The position numbers and the translations under genes are program-made. A stretch of DNA of 62,170 bases, filler included. It is 3 parts of 3 records of this genome, joined end to end, with 100 filler letters (N's around TTAATTAATTAA, not from the genome) between each part and the next. Parts side by side here need not be neighbours in the genome. Positions count along the whole stretch, not along the records: positions 1 to 27,520 come from SRR31156797_1852; 2 more parts are not named here. The stretch is one strand, 5' to 3'. This document shows positions 9,055-20,464 of the stretch, piece after piece. Position 1 is the first letter of the stretch; the number at the start of each line of letters is the position of its first letter. The notes below the pieces were generated by a model, which saw only the letters and a list, made by a program, of their open reading frames with translations, searched no databases and was not told the DNA's origin.

Positions 9055-12000
9055 TTACATATTTCGTCTATATTGACCACCTACCTCGTACAAGGCATTG
9101 GTAATTTGTCCAAGTGTGCAAAATTTACAAACCTCCATTAATGCAGCAAAGATGTTCTCATTCCTCAATGCTGTTTCTTTCAAATTTTGAAGAGATTGCT
9201 CTGCTTTTTCTTTGTGATTCATCTGAATCAATTCTTTAAATTTCACTTGATTTTCCTTTTCTGATTCATCAGAACGAATAACCTCCTTTGGTTGTATCGT
9301 TGGTGATCCTTTTGAACTCAGGAAGGTATTCACACCCACAATTGGTAGTTTTCCATTGTGTTTCAAACTCTCGTAATGCAATGATTCCGATTGAATTTTA
9401 CTACGCTGATACATGGTTTCCATTGCACCCAATACTCCACCACGTTCCGTCAATCGATCAAACTCAACCATGACAGCTTCTTCCACCAATTCAGTCAGCT
9501 CATCAATAATGAAAGCTCCTTGCAAAGGATTCTGATTTTTTGCCAATCCTAATTCCTCGTTAATAATCAACTGAATTGCCATTGCTCTACGAACAGACTC
9601 TTCGGTTGGTGTGGTTATCGCCTCATCGTAGGCATTTGTATGTAAGGAGTTGCAATTGTCATAAATGCCTGTCAATGCTTGTAAAGTTGTTCTGATATCA
9701 TTGAACTCTATTTCCTGTGCATGCAGCGATCTACCGGAAGTTTGAATGTGATATTTCAATTTCTGAGAGCGATCATTTGCTTTATACAAATACCTCATCG
9801 CCTTCGCCCAAATAATTCTGGCTACACGACCTATTACCGTATATTCAGGATCCATTCCATTAGAGAAGAAAAAAGATAAATTTGGAGCAAAATCATCTAC
9901 ATTCATTCCTCTTGAAATGTAATATTCCACCAATGTAAATCCGTTTGCCAAGGTAAATGCCAACTGTGTAATTGGATTCGCTCCCGCTTCCGCGATATGG
10001 TATCCAGAGATGGAAACAGAATAGAAATTTCTCACTTGATTGTGAATGAAATACTCCTGAATATCACCCATCATTTTCAAAGCAAAATCAATAGAAAATA
10101 TACAGGTGTTCTGCGCCTGATCTTCCTTCAGCATATCCGCCTGAACAGTACCACGAACTTTACAAATCGTTTCAGCTTTTATCTTCTCGTATACATCTTT
10201 CGGTAAAACCTGATCTCCGGTTACTCCCAAAAGCATCAAACCTAAACCATTGTTTCCTTCTGGCAGGTCTCCAATGTATTTTATTCTATCTTTCCCTTTA
10301 TAGATTACTGCAATTTTATCCTCAACTTCTTTTTCTAATTCATGTTCTTGAATGTATTTCTCACATTCCTGATCAATAGCTACATTCATGAAATAACCAA
10401 CCAACATTGGAGCTGGTCCATTAATAGTCATGGATACAGATGTTTTGGGATCACACAAATCAAAACCAGAATACAATTTCTTAGCATCATCCAATGAGGC
10501 GATCGAAACACCTGAATTACCAACTTTTCCATAGATATCTGGTCGATAATCCGGATCGGCACCATAAAGTGTTACAGAATCAAAAGCCGTTGACAAACGT
10601 ACGGCTGGCTGAGCTTTTGCCAAATAATGGAATCTTTTATTGGTACGCTCTGGCGCACCTTCGCCTGCAAACATTCTAGTTGGATCTTCTCCTTCACGTT
10701 TAAATGGGAAAACTCCGGAGGCATAAGGAAATTCTCCCGGAACATTTTCCTTCAAATTCCACTTTACGATATCACCCCAACTCTTGTAATTAGGCAATAC
10801 AATCTTTGGAATCCTATTGTGCGATAAAGTTTCGATATGTGTTTCAACACATATTTCCTTGCCTCTCACCTTATATTTAAATATCTCTTCTTTGTATTTT
10901 CTTCTTTTCTCTTGCCAAGAATCGAGAATATCCTGATGCTTGAAATCCTTTTCAATTCTATCATATTCTTTCTCAAGATTTCTGCGACTCAATTCATCAT
11001 CAATCAATTTAGATGATTTGTTCAATACATACAGCTGATCTGCAATTTCAGCCTGATCTTCCACCTTTCTATTGTATTTACGAACGGTTTCCGATATATC
11101 GGATAAGTATCTTACTCTTGATGGAGGAACAATTTCAATCTTATTACTAGTCTCTAATAATGGTTTACCGTTTATGGTAAAACGCTCAACTCCTTTTTCA
11201 CCCAGAAAATCGATTAAGGCATGATAGAGTTCATTCACACCATGATCATTAAATTGAGAAGCAACGGTTCCATATACTGGCATTTCTTCAGGATCTTTAT
11301 CCCAAAGTAAATTGTTTCGTTGATATTGCTTTTTTACATCACGTAAAGCATCCTGAGCTCCTTGCTTATCAAACTTGTTAATAGCTACCAGATCTGCAAA
11401 ATCAAGCATGTCAATCTTCTCCAATTGTGTTGCTGCTCCAAACTCAGGGGTCATTACATAGAGCTTCACATCACTAAAATCAACAATCTCGGTATCCGAT
11501 TGACCAATTCCAGAACTTTCCAGAAAAATGCAATCAAATTCTGCCGATTTCATGATCATTAAAGCGTCATCAACATGTTTGGAAAGCGCCAGGTTAGCGC
11601 GACGAGTCGCTAATGAACGCAGGTAGATATTTGGATTTTGAATGGCATTCATTCTAATTCTATCGCCTAATAATGCTCCACCACTTTTCTTACGCGAAGG
11701 ATCAACCGACAGAATTGCCAATTTTAAATCAGGATAATCAATTTGAATTCTACGAATTAATTCATCGGTAAGGGAAGATTTTCCAGCGCCACCTGTACCT
11801 GTAATTCCAATAACAGGTGTTTGACTGATTTTGGCATTATTCTTTATTTTAAGATACAGATCTGAATCCTGAATCTGATCTTGTTCCGCCAAAGTAATTA
11901 AGCGCGACAGTACATTCACATTTTTTGAAGAGAGCTCTTCAATTTTTGGCAAATCTACCTTATTCAACTCATAATCTGCTCCAAGCAAAACTTCATTAAT

Positions 12001-12405
12001 CATTCCTTGTAATCCCAAATTCCTTCCATCATCAGGTGAATACAATCCTGCGATTCCGTATTTCTCCAACTCTTCAATCTCAGCTGGAAGAATTACACCT
12101 CCACCTCCACCGAAAATTCGAATATGTCCTGCATTCTTCTCTTGTAATAAATCGTACATGTACTTGAAGAACTCAATATGTCCTCCTTGATAGGAACTAA
12201 TTGCAATAGCCTGTGCATCTTCCTGAATTGCACAATCCACAATTTCTTCAGCCGATCGATTGTGACCTAAATGAATAACTTCAGCTCCTGAAGCCTGAAT
12301 GATTCTTCTCATGATGTTAATAGAAGCATCATGTCCATCGAACAATGAAGTTGCAGTTACGATTCTTACAGAGTTTTTAAGTTGATATGCAGTAGGTGTA
12401 TCCAT
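9055..12405 (-). CDS. icmF: Fused isobutyryl-CoA mutase / MeaB-like GTPase (AdoCbl-dependent)
   Basis: N-terminal B12 domain FDGHDAS, P-loop [28 protein letters not shown]-terminal VGGQYRRNM; 1116 aa. Confidence 0.95.
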   Translation of the reverse strand: MDTPTAYQLKNSVRIVTATSLFDGHDASINIMRRIIQASGAEVIHLGHNRSAEEIVDCAIQEDAQAIAISSYQGGHIEFFKYMYDLLQEKNAGHIRIFGGGGGVILPAEIEELEKYGIAGLYSPDDGRNLGLQGMINEVLLGADYELNKVDLPKIEELSSKNVNVLSRLITLAEQDQIQDSDLYLKIKNNAKISQTPVIGITGTGGAGKSSLTDELIRRIQIDYPDLKLAILSVDPSRKKSGGALLGDRIRMNAIQNPNIYLRSLATRRANLALSKHVDDALMIMKSAEFDCIFLESSGIGQSDTEIVDFSDVKLYVMTPEFGAATQLEKIDMLDFADLVAINKFDKQGAQDALRDVKKQYQRNNLLWDKDPEEMPVYGTVASQFNDHGVNELYHALIDFLGEKGVERFTINGKPLLETSNKIEIVPPSRVRYLSDISETVRKYNRKVEDQAEIADQLYVLNKSSKLIDDELSRRNLEKEYDRIEKDFKHQDILDSWQEKRRKYKEEIFKYKVRGKEICVETHIETLSHNRIPKIVLPNYKSWGDIVKWNLKENVPGEFPYASGVFPFKREGEDPTRMFAGEGAPERTNKRFHYLAKAQPAVRLSTAFDSVTLYGADPDYRPDIYGKVGNSGVSIASLDDAKKLYSGFDLCDPKTSVSMTINGPAPMLVGYFMNVAIDQECEKYIQEHELEKEVEDKIAVIYKGKDRIKYIGDLPEGNNGLGLMLLGVTGDQVLPKDVYEKIKAETICKVRGTVQADMLKEDQAQNTCIFSIDFALKMMGDIQEYFIHNQVRNFYSVSISGYHIAEAGANPITQLAFTLANGFTLVEYYISRGMNVDDFAPNLSFFFSNGMDPEYTVIGRVARIIWAKAMRYLYKANDRSQKLKYHIQTSGRSLHAQEIEFNDIRTTLQALTGIYDNCNSLHTNAYDEAITTPTEESVRRAMAIQLIINEELGLAKNQNPLQGAFIIDELTELVEEAVMVEFDRLTERGGVLGAMETMYQRSKIQSESLHYESLKHNGKLPIVGVNTFLSSKGSPTIQPKEVIRSDESEKENQVKFKELIQMNHKEKAEQSLQNLKETALRNENIFAALMEVCKFCTLGQITNALYEVGGQYRRNM

Positions 12406-12416
12406 TTTAAGTGTGA

Positions 12417-13211
12417 TTACAGATCTAACGCTTTTTCAATAATTTCAGCTACATCCAGATTTTCTAATTCGTTCTCTTTATTCTTTAATTTGATACCATC
12501 CGTTAACATGGTCATGCAAAACGGACAGGCAGAAGCTACTTTGTCTACTTTTCTTTCAATGATTTCTTCTGTGCGCTCAATGTTTACTTCCTTACTTCCC
12601 TTCTCTGCTTCTTTAAACATTTGGGCTCCCCCAGCTCCACAACACAATCCAAAACTTCTGGATCTTTTCATTTCTTTAACCTCTCCAAACACTGCTTTCA
12701 CAACATTTCTTGGAGCTTCGTATATCTTATTTCCTCTACCCAAATAGCATGGGTCGTGATAAGTAATACTTTCTCCTTTAAAAGGATTGTCCTTTAAATC
12801 CAATTTTCCTTTCTGAATCATCTCATCCAGAAATTGGGTATAATTGATAACCTCATAATTACCTCCCAAATCAGGATATTCATTCTTTAAGGTATTGTAA
12901 CAGTGAGGACAGGTGCAAATGATTTTTTTGATCTCATATCCGTTTAACACTTCTATATTTTGCATGGCTTGCATTTGGAAAAGCATCTCGTTTCCAGCGC
13001 GCTTGGCAGCATCACCAGTACAACTTTCCTCTTTTCCTAAAACGGCATAGCTCACTTCTAGGTGATTCAAAATTTTAGCAAAAGCACGAGCTACTTTCTG
13101 ATATCTGTCATCAAATGCACCAGCACATCCAACCCAATAGAGATATTCAGGTTGTTCACCTTTCGCAGCCAAATCAGCCATTACAGGAACGTGTAATTTT
13201 ATATCTGTCAT
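12417..13211 (-). CDS. CCG-domain Fe-S protein (C-terminal half of FadF/EMO-like oxidoreductase)
   Basis: [36 protein letters not shown]. Confidence 0.88.
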   Translation of the reverse strand: MTDIKLHVPVMADLAAKGEQPEYLYWVGCAGAFDDRYQKVARAFAKILNHLEVSYAVLGKEESCTGDAAKRAGNEMLFQMQAMQNIEVLNGYEIKKIICTCPHCYNTLKNEYPDLGGNYEVINYTQFLDEMIQKGKLDLKDNPFKGESITYHDPCYLGRGNKIYEAPRNVVKAVFGEVKEMKRSRSFGLCCGAGGAQMFKEAEKGSKEVNIERTEEIIERKVDKVASACPFCMTMLTDGIKLKNKENELENLDVAEIIEKALDL

Positions 13212-13226
13212 TCAAATTATATTTTG

Positions 13227-13254
13227 GTAGAGACGCAATACCTTGCGTCTGTAC
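13227..13254. repeat. GTAG-type REP-like palindrome
   Basis: GTAGAGACGCAA-TACC-TTGCGTCTGTAC. Confidence 0.75.
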
Positions 13255-13273
13255 ATGAATGTTATTAATCAAA

Positions 13274-14536
13274 TTATCCTTCAGTCCATTTTAAGCGATC
13301 CTCAGGTGAATATTGCCAAGGCGCTCCATTATTTTCAATATTGGTAAACATGGTATTTAGTTCTGCTGGAGCAGCAGCCTCTTCCATAACCAAATATCTG
13401 CGCATATCCATAATCAGGTTAGGATGACTAATATCAATCGGACATTCCTGAGCACAGGCGTTACAAGTAGTACAAGCCCACAATTCTTCTTCCGAGATAT
13501 AATCTCTTAACAACGATTTTCCATCCTCTTTTCCCTTTACAACCAAAGGACCAACTTCATCCATTCGCTTTCGTAGATCAACAAATATTTTTCTAGGAGA
13601 AAGCAACTTTCCTGTGATATTGGCAGGACAAACGTCGGTACAACGTCCACATTGTGTGCAAGCCAAGGAGTCCAAGTAATTTTTCCAACTGACATCTTCT
13701 ATATCCTTAACACCAAAACGAGAAACTTCTTCATTTTCATCGTAAGCTGCTTCAGGATCCAACATCAGTTTTACTTCCTTCGTGATACTCTCCAAATTTG
13801 AATATTTTGTTAATGGTTCAAGATTTGCCAAAAACACATTTGGTACTGAAAGGAAAACATGAAAATGCTTAGAGTAAGGCAAGTAGTTGGCAAAAATAAA
13901 TATCAATAAGATATGCACCCACCAGCCAGGTTCCTGTAACCAACTAAAATCCCATCCAAATAAATTAACCAATGTAGTCGAAACAGGATAAATACCTTCA
14001 TAATTATTTGGATGATTACTGACATATCCCATGTTGAAGCAAAGCAAGGAAACCATTAAAAATGCAATAAAATAAAGTGATATTTGTGCATCCCATTTAG
14101 ATTTTAAGCTCATTTCGACACCAGAAAACCGTTTAATATTCATAAAGGTTCTACGAAGTATAAATAACTTTATAAAAGCAATAATAAGCAAAGCAAAAAT
14201 ATCACCTGAAGCCATCACAACATCATAAAACCAACCTGTAAAGGCAAAAGATCGTTCCAAGCCAAAAGCTCCATCCACAACTATTTCAATACTACCGAGC
14301 GTGATCACCAAAAATCCCCAAAAAACCAAAGCGTGCATTAAACCTACTACTGGTTTACGAAAGATTTTAGTTTGTCCGAAAGCAATATCCAGAGTATGCG
14401 AAATTCGCGCTCCAATATTGCGAATTGGATAGGAAGGCTTAGTCAATTTAAAGAAAGCCCACAATCGCTTCACGGAGTAGGCAAAAACTCCTAAAGTAAT
14501 TGCCAATGAAATAATAAAGAGGATTTGTTTTGTCAT
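13274..14536 (-). CDS. Membrane-bound 2x[4Fe-4S] oxidoreductase (N-terminal half of FadF/EMO-like ETF:menaquinone oxidoreductase)
   Basis: Hydrophobic N-terminal helices with His residues (MHALVFWGF, WVH, SKHFH), CTQCGRCTDVCP, CTTCNACAQECP. Confidence 0.88.
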   Translation of the reverse strand: MTKQILFIISLAITLGVFAYSVKRLWAFFKLTKPSYPIRNIGARISHTLDIAFGQTKIFRKPVVGLMHALVFWGFLVITLGSIEIVVDGAFGLERSFAFTGWFYDVVMASGDIFALLIIAFIKLFILRRTFMNIKRFSGVEMSLKSKWDAQISLYFIAFLMVSLLCFNMGYVSNHPNNYEGIYPVSTTLVNLFGWDFSWLQEPGWWVHILLIFIFANYLPYSKHFHVFLSVPNVFLANLEPLTKYSNLESITKEVKLMLDPEAAYDENEEVSRFGVKDIEDVSWKNYLDSLACTQCGRCTDVCPANITGKLLSPRKIFVDLRKRMDEVGPLVVKGKEDGKSLLRDYISEEELWACTTCNACAQECPIDISHPNLIMDMRRYLVMEEAAAPAELNTMFTNIENNGAPWQYSPEDRLKWTEG

Positions 14537-14666
14537 GGTTTCAGGTTTTAGGTATTCTAATTTAAGTTATTATCCCATATTATTTGATTCCACTATAATA
14601 TTAGAAGCTTCAAGCCTCAAGTCAAAAGTTTTCTTGACACGTGAAGCTTGCGACTTGTTACTATTG

Positions 14667-15635
14667 TCATGATTTTGAGTTACGAATCGCTTCAGTCAAT
14701 TTAGGTAATACTTCCATCACATCCCCAACAATACCATAATCAGCAACACTAAAAATTGGTGCTTCAGGATCGGTATTAATAGCTACAATACATTTACTTC
14801 GACTGATTCCTGCAACATGCTGAATCGCACCAGAAATACCCGCTGCGATATACAGGTTTGGAGCAATTACCTTTCCGGTTTGTCCAACATGTTCTTCATG
14901 TCCGCGCCATCCTTCATCCGAAACCGGACGAGAACAAGCCGTAGCGGCACCTAAAACCTCTGCTAAATCTTCTACTGGTCCCCAATTCTCAGAACTCCTC
15001 ATTCCTCTACCTGCAGAAACAACTACGTCAGCATCAGAAAGGATTACTTTGTTCTTCTGCTCCTCTTCTTCAATTACCTGAACTTTAAAAAGACTGGCAT
15101 CTACTTCAGGAGTAAATTCTTCAACGCTAACATTAACCGGATTTTCAACTAAACCAAAACAGTTTTTGGCAATGGTCAATACCTTCTTTTCAGAATCGAT
15201 TTGAACATGACCAAAGGCTTTTCCTGAGAATACTCTTTTCTTTACAATGAATGGATCCAGAGAAACAGGCATTTCCTGAACTGCAGCAACCATTCCAGCT
15301 CTCATCTGAACAGATACTCTTGGCGAAATTGCCTTTCCACTGTTATTATCACTCAAAACTACAACAGTCGCTCCTTCCTTATCAGCAACCTGAGAGATCA
15401 CCTTAGCATAAGCACGACTCGTGAGCGTATTCAATTGAGGATCGTTAACAGCAACGACTTTATCTGCTCCGTATTTTCCTAATGTATTTAGTTCCTCATT
15501 TGATACTTCCCCAATGGAGAGTACAACCAGATTTGTATTTAATTTATTAGCTAATTCTTTTGTATATGATACCAACTCATAACTGGAACTCTTAAATTTC
15601 CCATTCCAATTTTTGGCAAATGCAATTACAGACAT
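14667..15635 (-). CDS. etfA: Electron transfer flavoprotein alpha subunit
   Basis: VVSAGRG, VGQTGK, LYIAAGISGAIQH. Confidence 0.95.
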   Translation of the reverse strand: MSVIAFAKNWNGKFKSSSYELVSYTKELANKLNTNLVVLSIGEVSNEELNTLGKYGADKVVAVNDPQLNTLTSRAYAKVISQVADKEGATVVVLSDNNSGKAISPRVSVQMRAGMVAAVQEMPVSLDPFIVKKRVFSGKAFGHVQIDSEKKVLTIAKNCFGLVENPVNVSVEEFTPEVDASLFKVQVIEEEEQKNKVILSDADVVVSAGRGMRSSENWGPVEDLAEVLGAATACSRPVSDEGWRGHEEHVGQTGKVIAPNLYIAAGISGAIQHVAGISRSKCIVAINTDPEAPIFSVADYGIVGDVMEVLPKLTEAIRNSKS

Positions 15636-15681
15636 AGGCTCATTTTTAATTTGTTAATAATAGGATTCATTAAGATTTCAA

Positions 15682-16431
15682 TTACAAAACCTTTGCTTCA
15701 TTCTTTAATAAATCAACAAGCTGTTCTGCTGACTCTGATTCGATCATTTTACAAGCTCCTTTTTCTGCTGGCAATTCAAATTTTACTGATTTTGTAAGAA
15801 TGTCAATTTCAGCAGCAGGCTTCACCTCTAAAGGCTTTTTGCGAGCCATCATGATTCCTCTCATCGCAGGAATTCGTGGTTCATTCGTGATTCCTTTTTG
15901 CACAACTGCTACAAAAGGAATTTCTGTTTTTAACACTTGCTTTCCACCAGGAATCGCACGCGTCAATTGAATATCATCATCATCCAGGTTTACAGCTGTT
16001 ACCGAAGAAATTCCAGGATAATCCATAAATTCTGCAATCATTGCACCCACCGAAGAGCCATTGTAATCACTCGATTCAATTCCGCTAAACACGATATCAA
16101 AAGGATTCTCTTTCAAGTATTCCGCAATTTGACCCGCCACATAGTAAGCATCAGCAGCACATGCATCAATTCGAATTGCTTTATCAGCACCTATTGCCAG
16201 AGCTTTTCTAAGTGTAGCATCTGCGCTTGCAGCACCAACATGGATTACACAAATCTCATTCACAGAGTTTCCAGCATCCTCCTTAAGTTCCAATGCACGT
16301 GTTAAGGCTAATTCATCCCATGGATTAATAATCCACTGAACTCCAGAATCATCAAATGAAGTATGATCTTCCTTAAACTTTACCTTTGTTGTAGTATCGG
16401 GAACATTACTTATACAGACTAATATTTTCAT
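15682..16431 (-). CDS. etfB: Electron transfer flavoprotein beta subunit
   Basis: MKILVCISNVPDT, INPWDELA, ALAIGAD, EPRIP. Confidence 0.95.
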   Translation of the reverse strand: MKILVCISNVPDTTTKVKFKEDHTSFDDSGVQWIINPWDELALTRALELKEDAGNSVNEICVIHVGAASADATLRKALAIGADKAIRIDACAADAYYVAGQIAEYLKENPFDIVFSGIESSDYNGSSVGAMIAEFMDYPGISSVTAVNLDDDDIQLTRAIPGGKQVLKTEIPFVAVVQKGITNEPRIPAMRGIMMARKKPLEVKPAAEIDILTKSVKFELPAEKGACKMIESESAEQLVDLLKNEAKVL

Positions 16432-16501
16432 AAGCGATATTTTTTATTTGAGACAAGAGAAACGAATTAGCAGATTCTTTTCTCTTATATTTTTTAAAAT
16501 T

Positions 16502-17641
16502 TTAATCGACTAAACCTCTTGAAATTACAATCTTTTGAATTTCAGAAGTACCCTCATAAATCTGAGTTAGTTTGGCATCACGCATCAATCTTTCCACATG
16601 ATATTCTTTCACGTATCCATATCCGCCATGAATTTGAACTGCTTCTGTTGTTACTTTCATTGCTGTATCAGCCGCGTATAATTTTGCCATTGCACTTGCC
16701 TGTCCATATGGTTTGCCCTGATCTTTTAACCAAGCAGCTTTCAAACAGAAAAAACGAGCAGCTTCAATCTCTGTAGCCATATCCGCTAGCTTAAATGCTA
16801 TAGCCTGATGATTGATAATTTCTTTACCAAAAGCTTTTCTTTCCTGAGCATATTTTAATGCAAGCTCATAAGCTCCCGATGCAATTCCCAATGCTTGAGA
16901 AGCAATACCAATTCTTCCGCCTTCAAGCGATTTCATTGCGAATTTGAATCCAAATCCTTCTTCACCCAGAAGATTTTCTTTAGGCACCTTCACATTGTTG
17001 AACATGACCGAATGAGTATCCGAAGCACGCATTCCCATTTTGTTTTCGTGTGGTCCCACTGATACACCTTCTGAATCAGCCTCTACAATTAAGGCATTAA
17101 TTCCTCTATGTTTTAATTCAGGATGAGTTTGAGCAATAACTATGTAAGTTGAAGCTGTTTTTCCACTCGTAATCCAATTTTTAGTTCCATTTACCAGATA
17201 ATGATCGCCCATATCAACAGCAGTTGTTCTCTGCGATGTTGCATCCGATCCTGCCTCTGGTTCTGATAATAGAAATGCACCAATCTTCTCTCCACGAGCC
17301 ATTGGTTTTAAATACTTCTGTTTCTGCTCTTCATTTCCATACTTCTCTACCCCCCAGCAGACTAATGAATTGTTCACCGACATAATTACAGAAACCGATG
17401 AATCGATTTTAGAGATTTCTTCCATTGCCAATACGTAAGAAATGGTATCCATTCCACCTCCATCATAATCAAGTCCTACAAGCATTCCAAGAAAACCGAG
17501 TTCTCCAAGTTTTTGAACTTGTTCAGTAGGATATATGGCTTTTTCGTCTCTTTCTATTACACCAGGTAACAATTCTCTCTGCGCAAAATCTCTTGCAGCA
17601 TCGCGAATCATCAACTGTTCTTCGGTGAATTCAAAATTCAT
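16502..17641 (-). CDS. Acyl-CoA dehydrogenase (butyryl-CoA DH type)
   Basis: LSEPEAGSD, GTKNWIT, GRIGIASQALG, IYEGTSEIQ. Confidence 0.93.
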   Translation of the reverse strand: MNFEFTEEQLMIRDAARDFAQRELLPGVIERDEKAIYPTEQVQKLGELGFLGMLVGLDYDGGGMDTISYVLAMEEISKIDSSVSVIMSVNNSLVCWGVEKYGNEEQKQKYLKPMARGEKIGAFLLSEPEAGSDATSQRTTAVDMGDHYLVNGTKNWITSGKTASTYIVIAQTHPELKHRGINALIVEADSEGVSVGPHENKMGMRASDTHSVMFNNVKVPKENLLGEEGFGFKFAMKSLEGGRIGIASQALGIASGAYELALKYAQERKAFGKEIINHQAIAFKLADMATEIEAARFFCLKAAWLKDQGKPYGQASAMAKLYAADTAMKVTTEAVQIHGGYGYVKEYHVERLMRDAKLTQIYEGTSEIQKIVISRGLVD

Positions 17642-17663
17642 AATCTTTTTTTTTAGGTGTGAT

Positions 17664-17698
17664 TATAGAGCTAACAGCTATAGCTTGTTAGCTCTATA
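17664..17698. repeat. Intergenic inverted repeat (stem-loop)
   Basis: TATAGAGCTAACA-gctatagct-TGTTAGCTCTATA. Confidence 0.7.
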
Positions 17699-17736
17699 TT
17701 ATTAGTAATTTACTATCATTTATTGCTCTTTAATTC

Positions 17737-18981
17737 CTACTTACCTCTCTTGTATACAATTGCTACAAGAGATTTATCATCTCCTCCCATATTTACGGTC
17801 ATCCCGTAAGGTCTGTCTTCTTTCATTTCAATTTGCGCATCACCAGCATTACCAGTTAATTGTTCCCAAATGGTAACCGCCTGATGAACTCCTGTTGCTC
17901 CTGTAGGATGTCCCCAACCAATTAAACCGCCTGTTGTATTGAAAGGAACCTTTCCACATCTTGAAGTATGACCAGCTAAGACAAAATCAACTCCTTTTCC
18001 TTCTTCTGCAAAACCAATTGCCTCAGCTCCCATAATACCCGCAATCGAGAAACAATCATGAACTTCAACAGTACCGATTTGATCAACCGTAATTCCAGCC
18101 ATTTCCATTGCTTTTGCAGCAGCAGCTTTCATGGTTGTAAGGCTTGTCATATTTTCCGGATCTTTAGTAATATCAGCAGCAGCCTGACCAAAACCTACAA
18201 CTTCAACAGCGTCCTTTGGGTCTATTCCAACCTTTTTCAATCCTTCTTCGGAGACAATAGCAATTGCTGAAGCTCCATCAGATACCTTTGAACAATCCGA
18301 ATAATTCAAATGATCAACAAATTTTTTAGGATTTACAGGCATATTCGCCGCTCCTTCTAAATCTTTATTTCGATTGTGATACTCCTGCGCAGTTTCACAT
18401 AAACGAGCATTTTCAATTGCATTGCAATACCATTTTGCCATTGCCTTGCGAGTTTTTTCTCTACCGAACTTCTCATAGTAAGCACCTGCTCGATTGCTGA
18501 ATACTCCTGGGAAGAAATAGGCATGCCCATCTTTTCTGGTCTTCATCCAACCGGCACCAGCAAGTATATCCGCACCATACATTGCCTTCATGGTATTCTG
18601 AACCTCGAAACCAACAGCAAGTACAACATCAGCAGTTTCTGCTAAAATTGATTTTATTCCACTAGCCAAAGCCAATCCTCCTGATGCACATGCACCTTCT
18701 ACACTAATAGCTGGTTTGTGATTCAATCCTTCATCAATCATTGGTAAAAAGGCTGGCAAATTTGCTTGTTTGTTAAAACGAGAAGCCATAAAGTTTCCAA
18801 TAACGCCCTCATCAACATTTTTAGCACCACCAATTTTTTCCAAGGTTGCTTGTCCCGCTTCTTTGATATAATGCTCCATATCCGGACGCGGTTTCTTTGG
18901 ATGAAACTCTTTTCTACCGGTTCCCATTGAAATGGTATTGTAACCGGCTACCATATATATTTTTTTGCGTAAAGCTTTCAT
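17737..18981 (-). CDS. Thiolase, SCP2/'HDCF'-type
   Basis: EGACASGG nucleophile loop, VEVHDCF, GHPTGATG; NMGG in place of the CxG loop. Confidence 0.88.
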   Translation of the reverse strand: MKALRKKIYMVAGYNTISMGTGRKEFHPKKPRPDMEHYIKEAGQATLEKIGGAKNVDEGVIGNFMASRFNKQANLPAFLPMIDEGLNHKPAISVEGACASGGLALASGIKSILAETADVVLAVGFEVQNTMKAMYGADILAGAGWMKTRKDGHAYFFPGVFSNRAGAYYEKFGREKTRKAMAKWYCNAIENARLCETAQEYHNRNKDLEGAANMPVNPKKFVDHLNYSDCSKVSDGASAIAIVSEEGLKKVGIDPKDAVEVVGFGQAAADITKDPENMTSLTTMKAAAAKAMEMAGITVDQIGTVEVHDCFSIAGIMGAEAIGFAEEGKGVDFVLAGHTSRCGKVPFNTTGGLIGWGHPTGATGVHQAVTIWEQLTGNAGDAQIEMKEDRPYGMTVNMGGDDKSLVAIVYKRGK

Positions 18982-19002
18982 GTGTGTGTTTCTTTGTGCT
19001 TT

Positions 19003-20331
19003 TTAGAAATAATCATTAATTGGACCGTATGCATGGAAAAATCCTGTTTCCAGTACAGTATTTACATCTTCAGCAGAAGCTGCGACTTCAGTATTAACAA
19101 GCATTTGACCAATCGCTTTTGAATTTTTACCATAAGCAACTGCAAGGTTTGCACCCATACTGTCAATTTTGTGCAACTCTTCGAAAAATTTCCCCAAAAG
19201 CTCTGCTTTGTTTTTCTCTCTTACTACCGATTTCCAATAAACTTTCAAGGTTGGTAATTCACCAAGCTTAGCCGCACAATCCATTTCTATCTCTTCAGTA
19301 GAAACATATTTTTCTGTAGCTAAATCGTAAACCTCTTTAATTCTTCCTTTTTGATACTTGAACACACCATCCTTTTGTGAACCATCAGCGTATTGTCCAC
19401 CTTTTACATCAGCGCCAAGCATTTGGTTTAGTGCTGCATGCGATAAGGTTTCATTTGGAAATGATGGTTGCATACTATCCAAGATAAATCGGGTAACATC
19501 AATTCCCACATAATCTAACAATTGGAAAATCCCCATAGGACGAACCAGAAGATCTCTACTAATGGTATCAATCATGAAGAAAGCTTTTGCCCAGCCAATA
19601 GATTCCGACAATTTGCTTGCTTCATTTAAAGCATACAAAGCATCACGCATAAAGTGACCATTACCAATAAATCCGGCAACATCTCTTGAAGGAACAACGA
19701 TCTTTCGCATTGACTTGGCTAATGCTACAGAAAAATCGTTCAATTCATCGGAAGTATTCTCACATCTAATAATTTCTAATAATCTTTGAACAACAGGAGG
19801 ATTATAAAAGTGATAACCAAGAATATCTCCATTTAAACCTCCTTCTTGTTCAATTTCCCCAATCGGAACTGAAGAAGTATTAGTTAGAAACCAAGCCTTT
19901 GGGTTGTTCTGCTTAATTTGTGAGAACAATTTTACTTTAAGTGCCTTATCTTCTTTAATGGCTTCAAAAATCAAATCAGAAGAATAAGTTGTCTCAATTC
20001 TTGTTGAAGTTTGGATCATTGCCATTACATCTTCAACGAACTGATTGATTACCTCTTCATTATCTACAAGGTCAGCTCTCTCTTTGTACCATTCTCTTAA
20101 CTCTACAATGTTCTTTTCGGCATGCTTTACCAACTGTGAACGAACATATCCCAACAAATCGATTAAAGCTGGTTGTGATACATCAATTGCATTTAAAACA
20201 AACTCTTTATCTTCCTTTTTGCCAAGTTTTAACTTTGCCATTTCAAAAGACAAAAGTACTAGAATACCGCTTCCCATTTTTCCTGCAGCTCCCAGCACAC
20301 TAACGTTTTCCATTCTTCGGACTAAATCCAT
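19003..20331 (-). CDS. 3-hydroxyacyl-CoA dehydrogenase family protein (start probably ATG 20331 rather than 20373)
   Basis: GAAGKMG Rossmann motif, FEAIKED, TNTSS, GYHFYNPP, GFIGN, PMGIFQLLDYVGID. Confidence 0.88.
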   Translation of the reverse strand: MDLVRRMENVSVLGAAGKMGSGILVLLSFEMAKLKLGKKEDKEFVLNAIDVSQPALIDLLGYVRSQLVKHAEKNIVELREWYKERADLVDNEEVINQFVEDVMAMIQTSTRIETTYSSDLIFEAIKEDKALKVKLFSQIKQNNPKAWFLTNTSSVPIGEIEQEGGLNGDILGYHFYNPPVVQRLLEIIRCENTSDELNDFSVALAKSMRKIVVPSRDVAGFIGNGHFMRDALYALNEASKLSESIGWAKAFFMIDTISRDLLVRPMGIFQLLDYVGIDVTRFILDSMQPSFPNETLSHAALNQMLGADVKGGQYADGSQKDGVFKYQKGRIKEVYDLATEKYVSTEEIEMDCAAKLGELPTLKVYWKSVVREKNKAELLGKFFEELHKIDSMGANLAVAYGKNSKAIGQMLVNTEVAASAEDVNTVLETGFFHAYGPINDYF

Positions 20332-20464
20332 ATTGTTTTGTTTTTTAATTTTGATTCTTCTTAATCTAAACAAGGTGTAGCTCTCCTATTTGAGCTACTC
20401 TATAAAACCCATCACCTCTACCTGCTTAGTATGTTATTCTACTAAGTCTCCCCACAAAAAATGA

